49,589 nucleotides of DNA from an uncultured Candidatus Saccharibacteria bacterium (GTDB lineage: Bacteria > Patescibacteriota > Minisyncoccia > Phycocordibacterales > UBA9973). Positions 9,737 to 16,987 of the stretch are shown here, piece after piece. A program made the translations under genes and the position numbers. The stretch covers positions 3,956 to 53,544 of the forward strand of contig CAZCXF010000005.1 in the NCBI GenBank assembly GCA_964502615.1, read 5' to 3'. Numbering within the stretch: the stretch's first letter is position 1; each line of letters opens with the position of its first letter. The notes under the pieces were generated by a model that saw nothing but the letters and a program-made list of their open reading frames with translations, had not been told where the DNA came from and did no database searches.

Positions 9737-9786
9737 GTAATTCCAAAACTTTTGGGATAACATTATTAGCTAAAATTTTACAAAAC

Positions 9787-12120
9787 ATGCCTTCAAAAAA
9801 GACTGTGTCAAACAAGAAAAAGGTCGCGAGTGTTAAAGTTCTTTCTGTTCCAGAAAAAACATCAAACAAGAATAATTTTATTAAAAGTGTTCAAAAAAGA
9901 GACGGTGTCATTGTCCCTTTTGATATAGAAAAGATAGTGAATGCTATTAATAAAGCTATGCTTGCTTCAGATGAAGGCTCTATGAAGGAGGCAGAGATGG
10001 TAGCTAATAGAGTTGTTATGGAATTAGTCAAAATAACTAAGCGCCACAAGAACTTTATACCAACAGTTGAAGGTGTACAGAACACAGTCGAACAAGAATT
10101 GATGCTTGCTGACTATGTAAAAACTTCTAAAAATTATATTCTCTACCGTGAAGAACGTGCACGCCTACGCGCACACAGTATTGTAGTACCAGAGCGTGTG
10201 AAAAAACTTGCAGATGAGAGTAAAAAATATTTCCGCAATCCACTTTCTGAATTTGTTTACTACAGAAGTTATGCGAAATGGATTGAAGAAGAGGGAAGAC
10301 GTGAGACATGGATCGAGACAATCGATCGCTACATTGGTTTCATGAAAAAAAATCTTGGCAACAAACTAAAAGAATCTGAATACAAAGAAATTCGTGAAGC
10401 AATTCTAAAACAAGAAGCTATGCCATCAATGCGATTATTGCAATTTGCTGGTCCTGCGGCTGAGAAGACAAATGTTTGTGCATACAACTGTTCATTCATC
10501 GCACCTTCACGTTTTGAAGACTTCGGAGAAATAATTTACATCTCAATGTGTGGAACAGGAGTAGGATTCTCAGTTGAGAGTAAAAATATTCAAGCACTTC
10601 CTCAAATAAAAAACCAAACAGGAAAAAAACTTCCAACTTTTGTTGTACCAGATACAAAAGAAGGTTGGGCTGATGCTTTTGTTCTAGGTATGAAGACATG
10701 GTTTAACGGTGAAGATATAAATTTTGATTTCTCTCAATTGAGGCCTGCAGGTGCTCGTCTTAAAATAATGGGTGGTAAGAGTTCAGGACCTAAGCCGCTT
10801 ATCGACTTACTTGGGTTTACTCGCGAAAGAATCTTGAAGCGCCAAGGGCGCCATCTTCGAAATATCGATGCACATGACATAATCTGTAAGATTGGTGAAT
10901 GTGTGGTTTCTGGAGGAGTTCGCCGTAGTGCCCTTATTTCACTATCTGATTTAGATGATCAGGATATGCGTGATGCTAAAAATGGCCAATTCTGGCTAAA
11001 TGAAGGTCAGAGAATGCTAGCTAATAACTCAGCAGTCTATAATACAAAACCTACAGAGACAGAATTCCTGAAAGAATGGATTGCCCTTATGGAATCAGGC
11101 TCTGGGGAGAGAGGAATATTTAATCGTGGTGCACTTACTACATCACTACCAAAACGTCGTCTAGAGGTTTCTAAAAATTATATTGGTGAGATGGGAACAA
11201 ACCCTTGCGGGGAAATAATCTTGCGCTCAAGACAATTTTGTAACCTATCAGAAGTTGTTGCACGTTCTGAAGATACAGAAGCAACACTTATGAAGAAAAT
11301 TCGTATCGCTACAATACTTGGAACTTACCAATCAACTCTTACAAAATTCGGCTATCTTTCAAAAGAATGGAAGGACAATTGTGAAGCAGAAAGATTGCTC
11401 GGAGTTTCTGTTACAGGGCAATGGGATTCAACAGTTGCAAGAAATGGTGATATGTTGAAAAAATTAAGAAACGAAGCAATTCGTGTTAATAAAATTTATG
11501 CAAAACGTTTTGGTATAAATGAATCAACATGCATAACTTGCGTTAAGCCATCAGGAACAGTTTCTCAGACAGTAGATTGTGCATCAGGTATGCATCCAAG
11601 ACATGCACCATACTACATTCGTCGTGTTCGTATCTCTGCAACAGATTCACTATTTAAAATGATGAAAGACCAAGGTGTACCTTACTATCCAGAAGTAGGT
11701 CAATCAGTGGATAGTGCAAATACTTTTGTTTTAGAGTTTCCAATGAAAGCACCAGACGGAGCAATATGTAAGGATGATATTTCTGCAATTGACCAGCTTG
11801 AACACTGGAAAGTTGTAAAAGTAAATTACACTGAACACAATCCTTCAGTTACAGTGTCTGTAGGAGAGAATGAATGGATTCAAGTTGCACATTGGCTTTA
11901 TCAAAACTGGGAAATAGTAGGAGGACTTTCATTTTTGCCACGCTCAGACCATGTTTATCAACTTGCTCCGTATGAAGCCATTGATGAGAAAACGTATAAA
12001 GCATTAACAAGTAAAATGCCGGAGTTTGATTTCTCAAAAATTGTCACTTATGAACTTCGTGACGAAACTGAAGTTAAAAAGGAACTTGCGTGTGTTGCTG
12101 GAGTTTGTGATATAGTCTAA
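9787..12120 (+). CDS. nrdJ: Class II (adenosylcobalamin-dependent) ribonucleotide reductase, RTPR-like, with N-terminal ATP-cone
   Basis: Lys-rich tail, then ATP-cone (VQKRDGVIVPFDIEKIVNAINKA). Core has the thiyl-radical loop GTNPCGEI and FCNLSEV. C-terminal redox pair CVAGVC has the C-x4-C spacing of Lactobacillus leichmannii RTPR. Confidence 0.85.
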   Translation: MPSKKTVSNKKKVASVKVLSVPEKTSNKNNFIKSVQKRDGVIVPFDIEKIVNAINKAMLASDEGSMKEAEMVANRVVMELVKITKRHKNFIPTVEGVQNTVEQELMLADYVKTSKNYILYREERARLRAHSIVVPERVKKLADESKKYFRNPLSEFVYYRSYAKWIEEEGRRETWIETIDRYIGFMKKNLGNKLKESEYKEIREAILKQEAMPSMRLLQFAGPAAEKTNVCAYNCSFIAPSRFEDFGEIIYISMCGTGVGFSVESKNIQALPQIKNQTGKKLPTFVVPDTKEGWADAFVLGMKTWFNGEDINFDFSQLRPAGARLKIMGGKSSGPKPLIDLLGFTRERILKRQGRHLRNIDAHDIICKIGECVVSGGVRRSALISLSDLDDQDMRDAKNGQFWLNEGQRMLANNSAVYNTKPTETEFLKEWIALMESGSGERGIFNRGALTTSLPKRRLEVSKNYIGEMGTNPCGEIILRSRQFCNLSEVVARSEDTEATLMKKIRIATILGTYQSTLTKFGYLSKEWKDNCEAERLLGVSVTGQWDSTVARNGDMLKKLRNEAIRVNKIYAKRFGINESTCITCVKPSGTVSQTVDCASGMHPRHAPYYIRRVRISATDSLFKMMKDQGVPYYPEVGQSVDSANTFVLEFPMKAPDGAICKDDISAIDQLEHWKVVKVNYTEHNPSVTVSVGENEWIQVAHWLYQNWEIVGGLSFLPRSDHVYQLAPYEAIDEKTYKALTSKMPEFDFSKIVTYELRDETEVKKELACVAGVCDIV

Positions 12121-12130
12121 TATCAAATAT

Positions 12131-12658
12131 ATGAATAAAAATTGGTCAAAGTACATACTCGGTTTTATAGGGGTGCTATTTATTCGCCTAATACCTTTTC
12201 GTGCCCCAAATATTGAGCCAATATTAGCAGCTCAAATGCCTTTTGCTAGAAAATACGGTGTTTTTTCATCATTTCTATTTGGATTCTTAAGTATTACTAT
12301 ATATGACCTATTTACCTCTGGAATTGGTGTTTGGACTTTGGTCACAGCTATCGCTTATGGATTGTTAGGTATTGGAGCATCATACTTCTTAAAAAATAGG
12401 TCTGGTTGGAAGAATTATGCTATATACGCTATTATTGGAACTATTTTATATGATGCTGTTACTGGACTTACTATTGGACCAATATTCTTCGATCAACCAT
12501 TCATAGCATCTTTGATCGGCCAAATACCTTTTACAGCTCTCCACTTGCTTGGTAACGTATCATTTGCTATTATTCTCTCACCTGTTATTGAAATGTGGAT
12601 TAGCAAGGAAACAAAATCAGTTATGTCTGTTAACGGGAAAGTAGTTTTAAACAGTTAG
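12131..12658 (+). CDS. Small polytopic membrane protein, ECF S-component/DUF6580-like; candidate vitamin (cobalamin?) transporter
   Basis: 175 aa with about 6 TM helices. The RLIPFRAPNIEPI motif before TM2 resembles solitary S-component-type vitamin carriers. Starts 10 nt after the nrdJ stop. Confidence 0.4.
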   Translation: MNKNWSKYILGFIGVLFIRLIPFRAPNIEPILAAQMPFARKYGVFSSFLFGFLSITIYDLFTSGIGVWTLVTAIAYGLLGIGASYFLKNRSGWKNYAIYAIIGTILYDAVTGLTIGPIFFDQPFIASLIGQIPFTALHLLGNVSFAIILSPVIEMWISKETKSVMSVNGKVVLNS

Positions 12659-12679
12659 TGTCTTTAAAAATTTAACCTA

Positions 12680-12762
12680 TTGTGTTTGGAAGTGAGGTGA
12701 AATTCCTCCACTGTGCCGCAACGGTAAAGCTCTAAATGAGACGAGTCCGATCTTAACACTCT
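12680..12762 (+). promoter_or_regulatory. Cobalamin riboswitch aptamer (compact form)
   Basis: GGAAGUGAGGUGAAAUUCCUCCACUGUGCCGCAACGGUAA core, short CUCUAAAUGAG hairpin, and a B12-box-like GAGUCCGAUCUUAACAC whose AACAC pairs with the upstream GUGUU (P1). Confidence 0.75.
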
Positions 12763-12806
12763 AGTGTGCATCCCGAGCAGGAACAGATTTTTTGTAAACT
12801 CTTTAT

Positions 12807-12846
12807 AAAAACTCCTCTGATTTCTATTCGGAGGAGTTTTTATTTT
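12807..12846 (+). terminator. Riboswitch expression platform: intrinsic terminator
   Basis: AAAAACTCCTC (12807-12817) pairs with GAGGAGTTTTT (12831-12841), followed by ATTTT. The 3' arm contains GGAGGAG about 12 nt before the ATG at 12847. Confidence 0.7.
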
Positions 12847-13257
12847 ATGAAAAAGAAAATATCAAAAATAATAATATCGACAATCATAGCACTAACTTTT
12901 TTTATTAGTGGGGAATTTGCTCTAGCTAAGACTGCGCATTCAATAAAAAAAGTTTCAGTGAAAGAAAATTTTATAACTATACAGGTTCTTGATAATACTT
13001 ATCAGGCTTCATATAAAGATGGTCAATCTTTATATGAAGTCATGAAAAATCTTGCAGATAAAAAAAATAGTAATTTTTCTTTTCATTCAAAAAATTACTC
13101 AGGACTAGGTAACTTTATAGATGAGATAAATGGAATAAAAGGAACTAAGGGGCGTTATTGGATTTATTATATTAATAACAAAAAGGCATCGGTAGGCGTA
13201 TCAAAATATTTTGTTAAGAATGGAGATATTATCAAATGGAGTCAAGAAGGAATTTAA
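12847..13257 (+). CDS. Secreted DUF4430 (transcobalamin-like C-terminal domain) protein
   Basis: Start taken at MKKKISKIIISTIIALTFFISG (signal/anchor), because the ORF-track start at 12766 would run through the riboswitch. The GLGNFIDEINGIKGTKGRYWIYYINNKKASVGVSKYFVKNGDIIKW pattern is typical of DUF4430. Confidence 0.75.
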   Translation: MKKKISKIIISTIIALTFFISGEFALAKTAHSIKKVSVKENFITIQVLDNTYQASYKDGQSLYEVMKNLADKKNSNFSFHSKNYSGLGNFIDEINGIKGTKGRYWIYYINNKKASVGVSKYFVKNGDIIKWSQEGI

Positions 13258-13261
13258 TACC

Positions 13262-15376
13262 ATGAAAACACAAAAAATTTTAGTAGCTATAGTTTTAATT
13301 TTTACTTTTATATCTTTTTCACAAATATCTTATGCTGATATTGTAGATACAAATCCGCCAGTGATTACTCTAATTGGTTCACCTACAGTAAATATAAATG
13401 TAGGGGATACATACAATGACGAAGGTGCAACTGCTCTTGATGATGTAGATGGAGATATAACAGTAAATATTGTAAAAACTGGATCTGTTGATACCACTTT
13501 AGCTGGTAGTTATACTATAAATTTTGATGTATCTGACAGTGCTCATAACAACGCTACTACTGTAAGTAGGACAATTATTGTAAACGAAGTACAACAAACT
13601 CCAAAAGAAACTATCTTTATAAGAAACGGTGACAGTGTTGTATATAGTGGAAATATAGATTTACCTGTACAAGGTAATGTAGATATAACAGACAATTCTG
13701 GTGTTGTTCACCAAGTGAATAATAGAAGTGTACTTGGTTTTTTGTATGCTCTTGACCAAACGTCTGATTCTTTTTCACTTTCTAATCTCCAATACTATGA
13801 TTCTTTTTCTTCATTTTATATAAAATGTATTACTCCAAGTGGGACAAGTGAACTCTGTGATAGTTGGCAATATGTAGTAGGAGGAACAAGTCCATGGACT
13901 AGTGTCGATAGCACTTTTCTTACTGGAGGAGAAACTATAGCATTATATTTTGGCAATCCTTATCGTGTTAATCTAAGTAGTACCAATATAACTACATCTG
14001 ATACTATCACTGCGAAATCAGAATCTTACAACTATACAGATAATACATGGAGTGTTCGCACTGGAGTAACAATAGGAGTAACAGTTCCAAACCCGAACGA
14101 TCCCTGGAACCCTAATGTTGTTTCAACTTATCCAGTAGATACGAATGGAGAAGCAATCCTTTCTTTTACCACAGAAGGTACTTATACGGTTGGAATCTCA
14201 GAAGATTACTATTTTCCTTCATATACAGTAATAGTAAGCAAAACTTCCGGGGGCGGCGGCGGGGGCGGCGGAACTCCAACTTCTATATCAATACCCCAAG
14301 CCCTAGCTTTCTTGGCTAGTAACCAAAAACCTAATGGTTCGTTTGGTGATATGCTCTATACAGATTGGGCAGCTATAGCGATATCAGGAGCTGGAAGCCA
14401 AGCACAAAGTTTAAGGGGTAAAATATTTGATTATCTAAAAAATAATCCTTATCAATCAAATACTTTAACTGACAACGAAAGACACGCAATGGCTCTAATG
14501 TCTTTAGGGATTAATCCTTATTCTGATACTGGTACAGATTATATAAAAAAAATTACTAATTCCTTTGATGGAACTCAGTTTGGTGACTCTTCACTTTATA
14601 ACGATGACATATTTGCGATAATTGTTTTATCTAAAGCAGGGTTTACTTCAAATGATGAAATTATAAAAAAAGATGTGAGTTTTATAATTTCTAAACAACA
14701 AGGAGATGGATCTTGGGGAAGTGTAGATATGACAGGGGCAGGAATTCAAGCTCTACGTTCATTTTCAGATCTATCAGGTGTATCTCAATCTATAACTTTA
14801 GCCGAGAGTTATTTGGTAAATTCTCAGGATGGAGGAGGTGGATTTGGTAATTCTTCATCAACAAGTTGGGCAATGCAAGCTCTGTCTATGAATGGAGGTC
14901 TTAGTTCTAAAGTTACAAGTGCAGATAAATATTTAGCTCAACTTCAAGACAAAGATGGAGGACTCGATTCTACAGGTTCACTTGAAAATAGAATTTGGTC
15001 AACGTCTTATGCAATACCAGCATCACTACATGTTTCTTGGAATAGTATTTTGCAATCTTTTTTAAAACAAAGTAATTCAAATGGAGATATCAATAATAAT
15101 CCAACCCCAGCACCTATTCCAGTAATTACTCAGATAAAGACTGAAGATCCTATTAAAAAAGTTACTGACGATGTAAAGCCAGTTATAAAAAAGAAAAAGA
15201 AGTTAAAAAATACTGATAAGAAAGAAGCACTCCAAGCCTCTGAAAAAAATAACCCATTAACTGCATCTGCAGCAGATGCTCTATCTAGCGAGAGTCCATC
15301 CCCATCAGTTTTTAGGAGGATTATAAACGCTATCGAATCTCCATTTGTCTGGCTTTTCGTTAAACTTGGATTTTGA
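13262..15376 (+). CDS. Large surface protein: signal peptide, DUF5011 Ig-like domain, DUF4430-like domain, Ig-like spacer, Gly8 linker, prenyltransferase/terpene-cyclase-like alpha/alpha repeats, Lys-rich tail and C-terminal hydrophobic anchor
   Basis: Start at MKTQKILVAIVLIFTFISFSQISYA. DTNPPVITLIGS...GATALDDVDGDIT...GSYTINFDVSDSAHN matches DUF5011. CDSWQYVVGG...LTGGETIALYFG is DUF4430-like. Repeats LASNQKPNGSFGD, IISKQQGDGSWGS, LVNSQDGGGGFGN and LAQLQDKDGGLDS are of the squalene-cyclase/prenyltransferase type. Ends ...FVWLFVKLGF. Confidence 0.7.
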   Translation: MKTQKILVAIVLIFTFISFSQISYADIVDTNPPVITLIGSPTVNINVGDTYNDEGATALDDVDGDITVNIVKTGSVDTTLAGSYTINFDVSDSAHNNATTVSRTIIVNEVQQTPKETIFIRNGDSVVYSGNIDLPVQGNVDITDNSGVVHQVNNRSVLGFLYALDQTSDSFSLSNLQYYDSFSSFYIKCITPSGTSELCDSWQYVVGGTSPWTSVDSTFLTGGETIALYFGNPYRVNLSSTNITTSDTITAKSESYNYTDNTWSVRTGVTIGVTVPNPNDPWNPNVVSTYPVDTNGEAILSFTTEGTYTVGISEDYYFPSYTVIVSKTSGGGGGGGGTPTSISIPQALAFLASNQKPNGSFGDMLYTDWAAIAISGAGSQAQSLRGKIFDYLKNNPYQSNTLTDNERHAMALMSLGINPYSDTGTDYIKKITNSFDGTQFGDSSLYNDDIFAIIVLSKAGFTSNDEIIKKDVSFIISKQQGDGSWGSVDMTGAGIQALRSFSDLSGVSQSITLAESYLVNSQDGGGGFGNSSSTSWAMQALSMNGGLSSKVTSADKYLAQLQDKDGGLDSTGSLENRIWSTSYAIPASLHVSWNSILQSFLKQSNSNGDINNNPTPAPIPVITQIKTEDPIKKVTDDVKPVIKKKKKLKNTDKKEALQASEKNNPLTASAADALSSESPSPSVFRRIINAIESPFVWLFVKLGF

Positions 15377-15388
15377 TATAATAGCTAT

Positions 15389-15952
15389 ATGAAACTAAAA
15401 TTTATAGGACTTGTAGTAGTTGTAATATTATTTGTAATTGGTTTGGGGGTTTTTATGAACAAGCAATCATCCGCTCCTAGTAAGTATGATGACTTTGCTA
15501 AAGCTCTAAAAACAGAAGAGGCTCAATTTTATGGAGCTTTTTGGTGTCCACATTGTAAAGCAGTGAAAGAATTATTTGGTAATGCTAAAAGATATTTACC
15601 TTATATTGAATGTTCTAACCCAGATCAAACAGTAACTAAAGTATGTGTAGATAATAAAATTGAAAGTTACCCAACTTGGAAATTTAAAAATGGTATAACA
15701 ATAGCCTCAAAAGGCGATCCACTTATATGTCCTATCAGATCTGAGAAACCATACAAAGATGCAATTTGTGATCAAACTGGATCTCAATTTTATCGAACAT
15801 GGATTTTCCCAGAATATAAGTTTTCTATAAAAAGTCCTACCGATCCAATAAGTAAAGATGGCGTTTGGAAATTTGCACCTGAGGCAGAAGTAACAGGGGA
15901 GACACCACTTGAATTCTTAGCCGCACAAATTGGATTTAATCTTCCTAAATAA
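15389..15952 (+). CDS. Membrane-anchored thioredoxin-like oxidoreductase (VKOR-associated Trx type)
   Basis: N-terminal TM helix. FYGAFWCPHCKAVKELFGNAKRYLPYIECS...SYPTW closely resembles the Trx-like domain fused to bacterial VKOR. Confidence 0.75.
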   Translation: MKLKFIGLVVVVILFVIGLGVFMNKQSSAPSKYDDFAKALKTEEAQFYGAFWCPHCKAVKELFGNAKRYLPYIECSNPDQTVTKVCVDNKIESYPTWKFKNGITIASKGDPLICPIRSEKPYKDAICDQTGSQFYRTWIFPEYKFSIKSPTDPISKDGVWKFAPEAEVTGETPLEFLAAQIGFNLPK

Positions 15953-15953
15953 T

Positions 15954-16505
15954 ATGCCATCATATATTGAAAATTTTAACCAACTGCTGTCTGTAGGAAC
16001 AGTAATTCTACACGTGGTGATATTATTGATTGTAATAAATCTAGCTTTTCTTAGATCACACAATAATAAAGTTCTAATTTTCTTTAAAAAATATACTTTC
16101 TATTTTGGGTTTGCTACAGCTCTTGCATCTGTAGCTCTGTCGCTGTTTTATTCCGAAATAATTGGTTTTCCTCCTTGTGAGCTTTGTTGGATTCAAAGAA
16201 TTTTCCTATATCCACAAGTAATACTTTTTGGAATGGAACTTTATAAACGTGAGAGAGTAATAGTTGATTATAGTATGGTTATGGCAACCTTCGGGATGAT
16301 TGTCTCGCTATTCCATATGTATATTGAACGTGGAGGATCATCCTCCCTTGCTTGCGCTGTTGGAGGAAAAGCTGCTATATCTTGTGCAAAAATATATGTT
16401 GAAGAATTCTCATACGTGACTATACCGGTCATGGCGCTAACAGCATCTGTTTTTATATTTATACTCCTACTCAATTACAAATACATGACTCGTAACAAGA
16501 TTTAG
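15954..16505 (+). CDS. dsbB: Disulfide bond formation protein B (BdbC/DsbB family)
   Basis: Four TM helices. FYSEIIGFPPCELCWIQRIFLYPQ is near-identical in pattern to Bacillus BdbC. A second Cys pair (CAVGGKAAISC) sits in loop 2. Start at MPSYIENF, 1 nt after the upstream stop. Confidence 0.8.
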   Translation: MPSYIENFNQLLSVGTVILHVVILLIVINLAFLRSHNNKVLIFFKKYTFYFGFATALASVALSLFYSEIIGFPPCELCWIQRIFLYPQVILFGMELYKRERVIVDYSMVMATFGMIVSLFHMYIERGGSSSLACAVGGKAAISCAKIYVEEFSYVTIPVMALTASVFIFILLLNYKYMTRNKI

Positions 16506-16557
16506 TATATTTTTCTATACTATTGTCAATATTATTCTTAGGGTGTAGCATAATAAT

Positions 16558-16986
16558 ATGCTTACAGAAAAAATAGAAAAAGGAGCAAAAGACATAGTTT
16601 TTGTATATACAACTTGCCCTACTATAGAAGAAGCTAGAGCTTTGATCCTTTCTTCTATAAAGGAAAAACTCGCAGTATGTGGTGATTTTTGGGAAATAAA
16701 CTCTGTATATCCTTGGCAAGGAGTAATCCAAGATGTTTTCCAATATATGATTATGCTTACAACAGAAAAGGAAACAAGCGACAGACTTGTAAAATTTGTT
16801 GAAGGAATGCATTCATATAATGTACCTATGGTTGCAAAGCTAGATACTAATTTTATGAATTCCAACTATAAATTTTGGGTTGATAATATTTTGAATCATA
16901 AAGGTGACTATATTTCAGAACATGACAAAAAAGTCCAAGATCAAAACGACGAAGGCAATGGTTATCATTACGGTAAACTAAAATAG
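16558..16986 (+). CDS. cutA: CutA-like divalent-cation tolerance protein with C-terminal extension
   Basis: VFVYTTCPTIEEARALILSSIKEKLAVCGDFW.INSVYPWQGVIQD..EYMIMLTT....RLVKFVEGMHSYNVPMV follows the CutA1 pattern. About 40 extra C-terminal residues. Confidence 0.7.
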   Translation: MLTEKIEKGAKDIVFVYTTCPTIEEARALILSSIKEKLAVCGDFWEINSVYPWQGVIQDVFQYMIMLTTEKETSDRLVKFVEGMHSYNVPMVAKLDTNFMNSNYKFWVDNILNHKGDYISEHDKKVQDQNDEGNGYHYGKLK

Positions 16987-16987
16987 G

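Noticed and set aside
9520-9786. NrdR box or second riboswitch upstream of nrdJ
   Set aside because: No palindrome resembling the NrdR box and no B12-box or other riboswitch core was visible. Only the short direct repeats are reported, as a low-interest finding.
12766-12846. ORF-track N-terminal extension of the DUF4430 gene (start at 12766)
   Set aside because: It would translate through the riboswitch 3' part and the terminator. The internal MKKKISK start is followed by a proper signal peptide and preceded by GGAGGAG.
14249-14271. GGC/GGG-rich tract as a phase-variable simple repeat
   Set aside because: It is an imperfect in-frame triplet run (ggg ggc ggc ggc ggg ggc ggc gga) encoding Gly8. 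Slippage would only change linker length and would not switch the gene off.
16471-16865. Two minus-strand ORFs (113 and 116 aa) overlapping cutA
   Set aside because: These are shadow ORFs antisense to the CutA-like gene and the dsbB 3' end, with no recognisable features.
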